Shown: piece by piece, positions 11,311-23,459 of the stretch | How the letters are laid out: every line of letters starts with the position of its first letter | Position numbering within the stretch: position 1 is the stretch's first letter | Source of the DNA: Eremomyces bilateralis CBS 781.70 | Taxonomy: Eukaryota | Assembly: GCA_010015585.1 (NCBI GenBank) | Contig: ML975150.1 | Strand: one strand, 5' to 3' | Length of the DNA stretch: 64,000 nucleotides | The notes under the pieces: generated by a model | Told to the model about the DNA's origin: nothing | What the model saw: only the letters and a program-made list of their open reading frames with translations | Database searches by the model: none | Position numbers and translations under genes: made by a program

Positions 11311-12876
11311 ATGCGGCTCCTTCGCACGAAAGACCTCCGATTTGAGGAGTATTTTGGGAAGCCTACTCCGCCATACGCCATCCTTTCCCATACCTGGTAC
11401 CCTGATCATGAGGAAGTCACCTATCGAGAGATGTGCGTAGGAAAAGGAACGAAAAAGCTTGGATACGACAAAGTCCGAAAGTGCGGACAGATTGCAGCCG
11501 GGAACGGCCTCAAGTACTTCTGGGTCGACACATGCTGCATTGACAAGTCCAACAATGTGGAGCTTACTGAGTCGATACGGTCGATGTTCGAATGGTACAG
11601 AAAAGCCAGAGTTTGCTACGCCTACCTTTCCGACGTGTCGGCCTTGTCGTTCCGACCCACGGTATCGTGCTTCAAGGCAATCAAGTGGTTCACGCGAGGC
11701 TGGACGCTCCAAGAGTTTCTAGCACCCGCCGATGTGCAATTTATTTCCAAAGAATGGAAGTACCTAGGGAGTAAGGCAGGGAACCTGACGAGAGTCATCG
11801 AAGAATTCACTGGGATTCCAAAAGCTGTACTGGAGGGAGTGGCACTGACTATGTTCTCTGTCGCAGAGAGAATGTCATGGGCAGTCGGGCGCAGAACCAC
11901 ACGTGTCGAGGATATTGCGTACTCTCTGATGGGCATCTTTGATGTAGATATTCCACCACTTTATGGAGAGAAGGGAAACGCCTTTATAAGACTACAAGAG
12001 GAGATAATGAGGCGAACTGATGATCAGTCCATATTTGCCTGGAAAGAACCTGACCCATCCTTCCCCAAGTCGCAAAGTCTTGGTCTTCTCGCACGATCAC
12101 CGGACTGTTTCGCCCAGTCGAAAGGAATCCTTCCCTCGAATGAAATCCCTCCCCCGCGAAATCTTAACAGAGGCGATACAGACAGATTTTTCCTCAGCAA
12201 CAAAGGCCTCGTCATAAACCTCTTTCTTGTTCGAGTACCGGGAGCTGACGAAGTTTATCGCGCATCTCTCGAATGTTGCTTCAGCAATTCAGTGAGCAGC
12301 AGCCCTAGCATCTACCTCAAGCGGCTTAAACATGCTCAGACGTATTACACTCGCATCTGTGGGGCCAAGATGGACATCTTGGGTTCTCAGGAGAAAGCAG
12401 GTGGTGCTTACGAGAGGGTGTATGTCCAGCAGTATCAAGAGCAGCCTGACGTCTGGAAACCGGAAGTTACTGACCAGATCCTATTCCGTTTTAGTCCGCA
12501 CCTCTGGAAGCACACCACCCCGACTAGCGTCTCAATCAGTGTCGAACCTTCAGACGCATGGGACCCACAAACCCGAATTTTTGCATGTCCTGGAAGATTT
12601 GGAAAACAAGGAATTGTCCTGCTCAAGGAGAAGGCTGATATATACGCCGTCAACTTCGGTCTAGACAAAAGGCAGAGGCCTTGGGTTCGGATGCTGCGCT
12701 GTGGTACATCCGATTCGTCATGGGCGTCATATCAACCAGACGGTACAGAACAGACGACATCGCAGATCGTCTGCGATGAGAGAGAGCACAAAATCGTGTT
12801 CTCTGTTTCAGTCAACAGCAACATGGGTGGGGTTTGGCCAGTGCAGATGCGCTCGGAGATTAAGTATAAGGTTTGA
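11311..12876 (+). CDS. HET-domain (heterokaryon incompatibility) protein with unrecognised C-terminal region
   Basis: MRLL...PPYAILSHTW, WVDTCCIDKS, SMFEWY..A.VCYAYLSDV, WFTRGWTLQE, ERMSWA..R.TTRVED.AYSLMGIFDV, LYGE, DDQSIFAW. Confidence 0.95.
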   Translation: MRLLRTKDLRFEEYFGKPTPPYAILSHTWYPDHEEVTYREMCVGKGTKKLGYDKVRKCGQIAAGNGLKYFWVDTCCIDKSNNVELTESIRSMFEWYRKARVCYAYLSDVSALSFRPTVSCFKAIKWFTRGWTLQEFLAPADVQFISKEWKYLGSKAGNLTRVIEEFTGIPKAVLEGVALTMFSVAERMSWAVGRRTTRVEDIAYSLMGIFDVDIPPLYGEKGNAFIRLQEEIMRRTDDQSIFAWKEPDPSFPKSQSLGLLARSPDCFAQSKGILPSNEIPPPRNLNRGDTDRFFLSNKGLVINLFLVRVPGADEVYRASLECCFSNSVSSSPSIYLKRLKHAQTYYTRICGAKMDILGSQEKAGGAYERVYVQQYQEQPDVWKPEVTDQILFRFSPHLWKHTTPTSVSISVEPSDAWDPQTRIFACPGRFGKQGIVLLKEKADIYAVNFGLDKRQRPWVRMLRCGTSDSSWASYQPDGTEQTTSQIVCDEREHKIVFSVSVNSNMGGVWPVQMRSEIKYKV

Positions 12877-13369
12877 ACATAATCCATCTGGATTCTCGAG
12901 TATAGGAAATTGATGGTTGATTATCCTCGACATCCTCCTCCTGCCTATGGAAGTAGAGAGACGTGATATTGTTGATGTACATAAGTGTGGCGGCATTTCA
13001 TCGCTATAGGCGACATAAGACGAAGAGAAGATGGAAATTAAGCGTTTTCGATGCCCTAGAGGTGTACTTCGAAACTAAGAATTTTGTCCACGCTGAATGG
13101 TGATTCCTATCAAAATGAATGTTAATAGAAAAGGGGTTGGTTCAGGGTGCAACTCATGCAAGACTGAATAATCTACATTCCTCCAGCTTACGTCAGTTGG
13201 GCGGTTAGCATCGGGTATCCATAGACAAAGACGAACATCCCGCAACTCCGCTGCACCGACGATGAATGGTTCTACAATACGAACAAGAAATACCGATCAT
13301 TTTTAATAGACCATGATGAGCGAAGACTTCCTGTGACCTTGTAACTGGTTGATTTTAAACGCCTACACA

Positions 13370-15619
13370 ATGCATGTTGTATCAACATTGCGAAGATCCG
13401 GCGGGCAGTTCAAGCATCGTTGGGGCATCAATGCGGCACGGGGACTTGCCAGCACTTCAGATGCGAGTTCGAAGCGACTGACCTCGCTGCTGATTGCTAA
13501 TCGAGGAGAGATTGCTCTGTAAGTCAATGAGAAAACCATCGACCGGCTCTATGGAAGCTAATACTCTCCAGACGCGTCGGGAAAACCGCATCAGAGTACG
13601 GCGTCCGCACGACAACATTGTACACAAATCCAGACCGCCTCTCCCAACATGCCCTCAGCTCGCCTTTCACCGTGAACCTCGGCGAGCCATCTGCCTATCT
13701 TGACGGCGACCGCATAATCGAAGTAGCGAAGAACGAAGGATGCCAGGCAATCCACCCCGGCTACGGGTTCCTGAGCGAGAACGCAACCTTCGCTCGAAAA
13801 TGTGTCGAGGCAGGGTTGACCTTCATTGGTCCGCCGTGGCAAGCCATTGAGGCGATGGGGAGCAAGAGTCGGTCGAAGGAGATCATGATCGAGGCAGGGG
13901 TGCAGTGTATACCTGGATATCATGGTAGCAATCAAGACCCGGAGTACCTAAAAGCGGAGGCACACAAGATTGGGTACCCGGTGCTGTTGAAGGCCGTCAA
14001 AGGAGGTGGCGGGAAAGGTATGAGGATTGTACAGAAGCCGGAAGAGTTCATGGACCAGTTGGCGTCTGCGAAATCGGAAGCCATGAACTCCTTCGGCGAC
14101 GAGGTCATGCTTGTTGAGAAGTATATCACCACGCCTCGCCATATTGAGGTACAGGTCTTCGCGGACAAGCATGGGAACTCCGTCGCTCTTGGTGAGAGAG
14201 ACTGCAGTATCCAACGGCGCCACCAGAAGATCTTGGAGGAATCACCCGCTCCGCATCTCGACGAGAGCATTCGACAAGACTTATGGGCGAAGGCGAGGGC
14301 TGCAGCTCTCGCAGTTGGCTATGAAGGAGCAGGGACAGTGGAGTTCATATTCGATAACGACACGAACGAGTTCTTCTTCATGGAGATGAACACTAGGCTA
14401 CAAGTCGAGCACCCGGTTACCGAGATGGTGACTGGTCAAGATCTTGTGCGCTGGCAATTGATCGTGGCAGAAGGCGGTGAGCTACCCTTAACGCAGGCCC
14501 AGATTGAAGAGGAGATATCGAAACGTGGGCACGCGATCGAAGCGCGGATATACGCTGAAAATCCCGATATGAACTTCATCCCCGACTCGGGGAAGCTCCT
14601 CCACCTTCAGGCCCCACAACCGACTGAGAGTGTTCGGATTGACGCTGGGTTTGTCGCTGGCGACGAGATCTCTTCGCATTATGACCCAATGATCGCGAAG
14701 TTGATCGTATCTGGTACCGACCGTGAAGCCGCTCTGCAAAAGCTTCGTGCTGCGTTGGAGTCATATGAAATCGCTGGACCTGTCACCAATATCGAATTCC
14801 TCAAGCGCATGTGCGTGAGCCCGGGATTTGTCGCCGGGGACGTTGAAACTGGTTACATTCAAAAGCACCATGCCGAACTATTCGACCCACAGCCTGTTGA
14901 GCCAGAGGTCTACTCGCAAGCCGCGCTTGCTCTACTGCTGCAAGAGATTTCATCCAAGAGCGTAGGATCCATGTTTCCTCCGTCTAGACAGGTTCTAGGA
15001 TTTGGATCTGGCTATCCGGCCCGCAAATTCGATCTTGTCACCACTCCTTTAGATGGCAAGAGCACTGCAACGACAACAACGGTACAAATCCATCAAACTG
15101 GGCCCACAACCTTCGACGTCACTGTTGGCGACGAGGTGTTTCCTGGGGTCCAAGCAACCATGCCATCCCCTACGTCCATCACCACTTTCTACCCCCATAC
15201 ACGTATTAATAGCAATGTCATTCGAACACCTCCGTCCATCGACTCCTCAACCGAAGGAGACAAGATCATGGTGTTCCAACGCGGTCGACAATATCGACTT
15301 AGCATCGCGTTGCCTTTATGGCATGCGAAAGCACTTGGCATCAAGGATGTTGCGAACAGCGTGCTCGCTCCAATGCCGTGCAAAGTATTGCGGGTCGATG
15401 TCAGGGAGGGAGACAGTGTGACGAAGGACCAAACTTTGGTGGTGATTGAATCCATGAAGATGGAGACGGTGATCAGGAGTCCTGGAGATGGTGTCGTGAA
15501 GCGGATAGTGCACCAAGCAGGGGTAAGTGGTTCCAGGCTTTTCGGGGATTTCTGCTAACGTGCGATAGGACATGTGCAAAGCAGGCACTGCGCTTGTGGA
15601 GTTTGAAGACACTGCATAA
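13370..15619 (+). CDS. mccA: 3-methylcrotonyl-CoA carboxylase alpha (biotin) subunit, mitochondrial
   Basis: Presequence-like N-terminus, LLIANRGEIAL, HPGYGFLSEN, GGGGKGMRIV, RDCSIQRRHQK, EMNTRLQVEH, biotinyl motif ESMKM; introns near 13519 and 15523. Confidence 0.93.
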
Positions 15620-15742
15620 TTCGTTGCGGAAAGCCTTTCCTTTCGTCACTGATGTTGGACTATTAACTTCCAACATGTAGCACACCAGGGTACCAGCTCG
15701 CCAATCTTGAGCGATACCCGACACCTGGCCCTAGATATATGC

Positions 15743-16781
15743 TTAAGGAGAGGTGTACTTATACTCGTACTGCTCCTTTGCTTTCGTTATAAGCTCCACA
15801 AACCCCTCAAACTCCTTCCTCGTCTCCGGCTCCTCCTCTAACTTCTTCTTGTACGCTGAATGCGTCAGATTCGTCTTATATGGCACCGCAATACCCCTCT
15901 GTACCGCCGGCCGTTTCTCCAACTCCGTCACCCACCTCACCAAGTTCGGAAACCGCTCTATCTCCAACCCCGTAGCGAGTCCGAAGGCAGCCCACCCGAA
16001 ATTCGCTATGTCCGCAATACTGTATTTCCCCCGCCCCTCCCCCACGATATAGTCCCGCCCCTCAAGATGGTGGTCCAGCACCCCGTACAGCCGCTCCGCC
16101 TCGCCGGCGTAGCGCTGGATGGGGAACGGGATCTTCTCTTTGGCGAACCGGGAAAAGTAGTTGGCTTGGCCATGCATGGGGCCGACGCCGCCGTGGTGCC
16201 AGGCCAACCATTGCTCGGAGCGGGAGATGTCAAGGGGGTCGGCGAAGGAGAAGCGGTGCTCTGGGTCGTACTGGCGGGTGAGGTAGAGTAGAATGCCTAG
16301 GATTCCGGGTTAGAGAACGTGGGACTACAATTGAGGCTGAATCGGATTGCAGACGTACCTAAACTTTCAAAGACCGCGAACCCACCCTTGTCATGGTCGA
16401 CAATGGCGGGAATGCGTCCGTTGGGATTCACTGCGATGAACCACGGCTCTTTCTGGACGCTTTTATAGAGGTTGATGCTCTGCCAGGTGTAGTCTTTGCC
16501 ATAGGCCTCCTTGAGCTCTTCGAGCAGAATCGACACCTTGATACCTAGAGACGGTTAGCGATGCTACACAATCAAGGAGATCCTGGACGGTTGAGCGAAC
16601 CATTGGGAGTGGGGGCTGTGAGGAATTCAATGCCTTTGGTCGCTTTCAGTCCTGTTGCTAGCTCGTCGGACGCCATGGTGCCGTTCCTGCGTTCTTGCGT
16701 TCGAGATGGTGGCGGTGATGCAATTGGGGAGAGATGCCGAGTTGCTTGTTGAAGTCGGGCGAGGAGATTTCGACGGAGCAT
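15743..16781 (-). CDS. Glutathione S-transferase, Ure2/YfcG-like class (3 exons)
   Basis: TAPTPNG, SILLEEL, QKEPWFIAVNPNGRIPAIVD, VFES.AIL.YL, GPMHGQAN, YSIADIA. Confidence 0.92.
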
Positions 16782-17014
16782 GTTAACCTACCAAGGAGAT
16801 GCAAGTCGGGGTCTTTAATGTTTCGCAATTGCTGGATGCCTTACCTACTACTACGTAGTACGCCTTTTGTATCACACCACAACCCCTCCCGGGCCACTGC
16901 GTTTAGCTATTCGTCATTATAAACTAGGGGACGTATTCCGTATTCGGGGGGTCTTGCGTGGCCCGTCTTCCCTGCGTTTCCTAGAGGCCTGGAAAGTGAC
17001 CAACACTGCATGCC

Positions 17015-17076
17015 TCGTAAGTCGTAAGTCGTAAGTCGTAAGTCGTAAGTCGTAAGTCGTAAGTCGTAAGTCGTAA
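17015..17076. repeat. Perfect 7-bp tandem repeat (TCGTAAG) x 8.9
   Basis: Eight full units plus TCGTAA read directly. Confidence 0.97.
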
Positions 17077-17637
17077 CCCGTGAGTATGGTTGGTGTGGAT
17101 CTCAATATTGGACCAACTTACAAATCTAGCTAATTAGTGGTGTCCAAGTCTAACAAAGCTCAAACAGGACCCACGACTAACACCGGATATAACTCCGACC
17201 TTATGGAGTACTACATAGTAGTCAAGCATTATATAGCAAAACGTATTACGAATCTATTTTGGGGACGGTGGGAATTATGTCCCGAATTCATGTAGACATA
17301 TCAATTCAATTATAGTGGCGGCTTGCTTCCGCGGAAGGAGTATGTATGCAATAATCCATGGCTGGAGAATTATATCGTGGGTGGTTTCAAGGGGACGGAC
17401 ATGATAATGATATTTCACACATAGAATCCGATTTCTGGAGGGACACAAACAACAGGTCAACTGATTGTATTATATGGAAACTAAGCCATGGCAGTCATTG
17501 AACGCCATCCTGGTATCATGCTAATGGGATCAAATCCGAATAAAGGAAAAATGGCAGAGGCATGTGAATGCCCAAGTCACGAACACGTCTCATCGTCCAG
17601 TTCCCGCGCTTCTCTCTTCAGCCCTTGATTTTATTCC

Positions 17638-18150
17638 TTAAACTTTCGACCGTCCGGTATGAAGCGTCTTCGCCCTCCTCCCGAGGAAGAAGATCACGAC
17701 GCCAATCACCGCCGTGATGAACCACAGCAACATATTCACCAAATCCACCCACACCGCGTTCTTCATCCGCTGCACACCCGGGCCATGCCCGTCCTTCGGA
17801 TTCACCACCTCGGGATCTTCGTGGATGTACAGCTTCCCGAAGACGCCGAAGACCGCGACCCAGAGGATCCACAGGAGGGCGTCCCACGCGAAGAAGAGGT
17901 GGGAGGTGACGATGGGGAGGGCGTACACCACGCACGTCACGGCGGAGATGGAGCCGACGACGACGGCGTAGATCCATTTGCTGTCGGAGTAGACACCGGC
18001 GGCAGCGGCGTTGCGGAGGTCTTGGCCGTAGAGGCCGCATACGGTGAGGGCGAGGACGAATTGGAGGAGGCGAAGGGCGAAGCGGAGGACGAGGCCGGCG
18101 ATCCCGCCAGGGGAGTTGTCGGCCATGGAGCGGAGGTTGAGGAGCTGCAT
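17638..18150 (-). CDS. MARVEL-like 4-TM membrane protein
   Basis: LRLLQFVLALTVCGLYG, WIYAVVVGSIS, WDALLWILW..VFG.FG, RMKNAVWVDLVNMLLW; single exon. Confidence 0.85.
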   Translation of the reverse strand: MQLLNLRSMADNSPGGIAGLVLRFALRLLQFVLALTVCGLYGQDLRNAAAAGVYSDSKWIYAVVVGSISAVTCVVYALPIVTSHLFFAWDALLWILWVAVFGVFGKLYIHEDPEVVNPKDGHGPGVQRMKNAVWVDLVNMLLWFITAVIGVVIFFLGRRAKTLHTGRSKV

Positions 18151-19259
18151 GTTTTGCGTTGGTTTTGATCGTTGAGGTTGAGTAAGTGGGGTGATAGTGT
18201 TTGAGGAGACGAAGGGTCGGTGGGAGTAGCTCGGTGGTTATTAAATATTGAAGATGGACGGGCAGGGTATTGTTGACCCTTTGGGAAATGGTAAAGGAGG
18301 ATAAAGGCGGCTTTAAAGCTACTTTGCTATTGTGCTTCGTCAATGGGGGATTCATGGTGAACCATTGTCAGTGAATACGCACAAAGGAACAAATGATCTG
18401 GAACAAGGAACAGCCCTTGTTGGGTGAGGGGAGCTCGTCGATATGGAGGATGGTGATCAAGGTCTCCCGGAAGCAAGATACCCAAGATCAGCACTCGCGT
18501 AACTTGGACGACTGGATGCAGTAGACTTGATCTGGTGATTTAGCTCGATGACGGATATACTATAAAGCACGAATGGACTGTGTATGGAAGGCGTATAGAC
18601 AATGAAGTAGTACAATCAACGACTTTTTGCAAATTCCAAACGAATAACGATGGCAAGAAAATCAAGGAAACTGGTCCGACTTTATCTCCCAATTCCCATC
18701 GGCCCTAAAAAGGTCAAGAGCGCGGGGCCATATCGTCATGCTCAAAGGAACACGGTCAATCGTCACTTCAGGATGGGTCGATCACTGGTGAAGGTGGTGA
18801 TGCATTCCCTGGCGCAGAGCAGCAGAAGCAGTGGCAGATGACCCCGGCACTCGTGACGCAATAGGCGCCGCCCGAATTGATCTACCATTGATCAATCATT
18901 GAACGACCTTCGAGACTTCGCGTGGACGGTTGGAGTCAAAAGTGTCGCGTGTTTGTGTCAGGGCGTGGTTGGCGCTTCGAAGTTACTGGAAGAGGTGACG
19001 TTTGATGAGCCGATATCCAACCGCCAGAACATGCTGTGTATGTTTGGAACCGTTGATCCACAAGGAACCGTTTCATGATCTTCGTTTGTTTCATGCATCT
19101 CTACCTTTGACTCCCGATACATAGTTCTCATTGTTTCGGTTGCTAACAATAGCACTGATTGCCAATGAACAATGGGTTATAGGTCAGAACGTTTGGGAGA
19201 GGAACTGTTTCTAAGTTAAGCACCAAACCAAGTCTCTTCGGGACCGTAAACTGCGCAAA

Positions 19260-20068
19260 ATGAGCCATCTGAGCAAAGAGACCCTCGAGTCGGCGAAGAT
19301 CACCGTGCTCCCCGACCACTTCTACTACATCCCGAATTTCATCTCCCCCGAAGAAGAGGCATCCATCCTTCAAAAGGCACATCCAACCTTCAAGAAGCCA
19401 CCACCATGGCAATCCGCATACCAGTAACCAACTAACCCGCTAACCCCCTCCAGATCCCCCCCAACCGCTGGACCCAACTCACCCACCGCCGCCTCCAACC
19501 CCACCCCTCCCCCCTCACCCCCACCAACGTTCTCCTCGCCGCCCCCCTTCCCCCCTGGCTCTCTACCCACCCCCCCCTCCTCCCCCGCTTCCACCACCTC
19601 GCCCTCTTCGACTCCACCCCGCACGCATCGCCGAACCACGTGCTCGTCAACGAGTACCGCCCTGGCGAGGGGATCATGCCGCATGAGGATGGCGCCGCGT
19701 ATGCGCCGGTGGTGGCGACGGTGAGTTTGGGGGGGGCGACGTGTCTTGATATCTACGAGAAGGTGGACGGGGAGGGGACAGAGACGGCGAAGGATGGCAG
19801 GGTGAGGGGAAAATACCGCATCTTACAGGAACCGCGGTCATTGCTCATCACGATGGGGAGGGCGTACGTGGATCTGCTGCATGGGATTGCGCCGGTCGAG
19901 GTGGATGAGAACTTGAATGCGGATACAGTAGCGAATTGGGGGCTGTTGGGCGCTCCCGGGGACTATGAAGATGGAAGGTCCGCCCGGGAAACGCGCGTCT
20001 CGCTGACCTATCGAGATGTGCTTAAAGTGAGTCAGGTTATGAAAGGGCTGTTTGGGAGGCAGAAATGA
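19260..20068 (+). CDS. AlkB-family 2OG-Fe(II) dioxygenase, ALKBH6-like
   Basis: YYIPNFISPEEE, RRLQ, PNHVLVNEY.PGEGIMPHEDG (HxD), LLHGI, RVSLTYR; needs a GC-AG intron at 19377-19453. Confidence 0.9.
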
Positions 20069-20542
20069 TAGTGGGCGTCGGGGACTCAAGTCAATAGACA
20101 TTCGATCACAGCGCGAACCATGCCCTCCAGCTCGAAGGTTTTCTTATGATGACTTTATTGAGTGGGTCTCGTTCCCTACCACTGTATGATCAGGAGACTT
20201 ATGTCCTCGTCTCTAGAACGACTTTCATACTAAGGGAATGGAAAACAAAGGGGGAAGAAGGGAGGAAAAAGAACCAAGTCTTTCAACCCGAATATGAAAT
20301 TAACATCCGCGACGGAATTCCGTCGCCGCCAACTCCTGTCTTCCCATCATCGTGACGGCCAGAGAGCGAAACTCGAACCCGGCACTCGTTCAATTCTGTG
20401 TTGACTTGACCAATACTCATCGATTGCGTGCTCTCGTTTGGCTCTCTCTACGTCGAACAATCCATTCACAAGACCGCCGCCCTCCCTGCCCTGACATCCT
20501 TTATCCCTCGGAACCATGCGTTCTTTCTTTGCGCGACACCCC

Positions 20543-22837
20543 TCAGCTCTCCATCGCGTCCCCACCCGTCCACACATGACTCGCGGTCATCGCGAAATAC
20601 CTCACATCCACATCATCATCCTGCCCCAGCTTCTCCAAATTCGGCATGATATTCTCGGTGATCAGCTCCTCGCCCTTGGGGCTCCCGTGCAGCGCGGCGG
20701 CGGCGTCGGCGCCTTTCTCCTTTTCGATGCCCAGCAACGACGCGTTCGGGGCCGCCGCGTCGAACGGCAGCTTCTTGAGGATGTCGATCAGCACCCCGTA
20801 CGACTTCGCCACATTGAATCGGATGTTCGGGATGTCGTCGGCGACGAGCTTTTCGAGGATGGAGAGGATGTGGGTTTCGATGATGGGGAGGGAGAGCGCG
20901 GGCGCGAGGGTCTAGGGGGGGTTAGCAGGGATGTTGGGGAGATGGGAGGTCGAGGAACTTACGGAGATGGCAAAACAGGTCGTCATGCGGTAGAGGTAGT
21001 TCGGGTGCTCGCCCATCGCCATGACGCGGGGGACGATCGCCTCACTCGCCCAGTCGACACCGAACACTTCGGTCAGCTTCTTGAGGTTCTGGGTGCTGGC
21101 TTCGCGGATGCTATAGACGGTGTCGCCGAGCCAGGACATGCAGAGGGATGACAGCTTCTCGTCGAAGAAGTTGACGCCGAGCTGGCTGGCAAGCAAGGGG
21201 ACGTATTCGATGATGGCGAGGCGGACGCGCCATTGTTTGTCTTCGGCGAGTTGGACGATGGCGGGGAGGAGGGATTGGGAGAGGAGTTCAATGCCGATGA
21301 CTAGTGGAGGTGAGCAGCGATTTGGGAGGTTATATCAGGAGTCGTACCATTGTTGACGAGTTCGAGCTTGGAGATGATGTTGAGGCGGACGTCGGGGAAG
21401 TCGTCCTTGAGCATATTCAAGAACATTGGAAGGAGGTGTGAAATGGTTCTAATCTGTCAGCTTTTGGATGCTACACTGTCGTGGACAAACTTACTCCTCC
21501 TTGCCAAGGATTGGTGCTAACCCGCTCAACTGAGTTCCCAGAGAAGCGCGGACATGCTGTGACTGGTCGTTGACGAGCTCCTCAATCTTCGGCATGATCT
21601 CGTTTAACAGGACTTCACGGTCCACAAGTGTGCAGAATCCTGACGTCCGGTTAGCTCTGGGTTGTTGTCCGAACAGCGTCGGTACTGACCAGGAATCTGT
21701 CCTGCAATTGCAGTCCGCACTTCTGCCTCCGTGTCTCCGAGAAGTTTGGCGAACGCTGGAACCAGATCTCTGCTGACAACCTCGTCCTCTACAGCCTTGG
21801 CAATCTAAACAAATTAGCTCCAGTTCACTACTCCAGCTAAAGATCATCATACCTTTTCAAAGCGATCTGCCACCATATATCTCACCCTCCAGCTCTTATC
21901 CGAGATCAACTCCCTCAATGCCGTCAACAGAACCCCGTGACTGCTGTGCTGGTCCTTCGGCACCGCCTCAGCAATCCCTATCAAGATATCGACGGTCAAC
22001 AACCGCACGCTATCCTGATCATCCCCAGCCAAATGCTGAAATAACGGGATCATTTCCTCGATCACTACCGGCGCCGCCATGGTTTTGACAAACTTGGCCA
22101 TATTGGTGGCCGCCTGTCTCCGGACCATGGGGGTGTCATCGTGGACGAGCTGGCCGAATTGCTGTCGAAGGCGTTCTTGGGAGGGTGGGGTGGCGCGAGG
22201 GTAGGGGTTGTAGTAGAGGCCGGCGGCGGAGATCTTGGATGTGAACCAGTCGGCTTTTGAGAGGCGGACGACGAGAGGGATGAAGTGTTCTTCGACTTGC
22301 TGCGTGGTGAGTTGGTCGCAGATTTTGTTTAGGGATTCGACCGCCTTGCATCCGGTTAGTACTAAGACACTAAACATGCTCTGTCGATGTTGCTGTACCT
22401 TTTCTCTGACCAGTGGCTCTTCTATCGCCGCCAGATTCTCCAATGGTGATAGCAGAACATGGCCGTGTTCAGGACCTCCCACATACTCCACAAAGTTGCC
22501 CAACTCCTCACTGAGTGCTGTCAACACCTCATCCTCATCCTCCACAGACTCTGAGCCACCCAGTTAGCACGTTTCAAGGCTGGATGTAGGTAGGGTTAGG
22601 AACTACCGTCTAGGAAGGGTATGAGCTCATCGCGTGTCCGCTCCGGTCCCAGAGCTAAGGCAATCGTCGAAAGGCGATGAATGGCATTCAACCGCAGGAG
22701 AACATCATCATGCTATACATTCGTCAGCAACCTCGACATGTGAGACGGATGATTGGAATTTGGCGGAGTCGCACCTTGAGCTCGTCCATGAGCACTGCGA
22801 TGGGGTAGAATTCGTCATTTTGATTCGGGGCGTCCAT
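20543..22837 (-). CDS. TPD3: Protein phosphatase 2A scaffold (A) subunit, HEAT repeats (many introns)
   Basis: [72 protein letters not shown]. Confidence 0.96.
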
Positions 22838-23459
22838 GATTTCCGCTTGTCTAAGAAATGAAGAGGGAACGAGGATGGTTTGAGGGATTAAAACACAAGT
22901 ACAGCTTTGGAGGAGAAGTAGGATCGGGAGGAGGTGGTCTATGTGTTTGATGGTGGAGGGGGATAGTACAGTCTCCAGCGGATTGCAGTGTTGTTGGTCC
23001 TGGTCGCGAGCTGCTTTGGCCTTCGCTGCTGGCACGGACGTCGCTTGTTGCGCCACAAAATGATGAGCAGATGCCTGAGGGATAGTGGAGAGGGTATTTT
23101 TGGTTGTAGAGAAAGACCACGAAATGAAGCCGTAAATCCGAAGTGTTTATTCCAACAAGACGATATAATTGAAGGAAACCCGGACGAAGCAAATTTCGAG
23201 CGGTTCATTCAGACTCTTGTCTTTGGTGACTGAGCGACGACTGATGATCGATGACTTAATAAATCATATTGACACCTGAGGCTGTTAGGCGCAAATGTGG
23301 CTGGTAAAGTCAAGCCACATAAGCACAGCCACACCTTAAAATCCACCGACCAACTATGCATGGGCCAATTTTATATTTCAATATCGCGATGACTCCCACG
23401 CTCCATTGACTTGTCGCAACGTCTCTTTGGGAGGTATTGAGCTTCGAATATTTGCAATC

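Noticed and set aside
17015..17076. CRISPR-like or telomeric array
   Set aside because: No spacers, eukaryotic context, and the unit is not TTAGGG; treated as a minisatellite.
18520..18545. CTTGATCTGG resembling part of a TPP riboswitch
   Set aside because: The upstream CTGAGA and downstream TAAT-CCAGCG-AGG elements are missing and no thiamine gene is adjacent.
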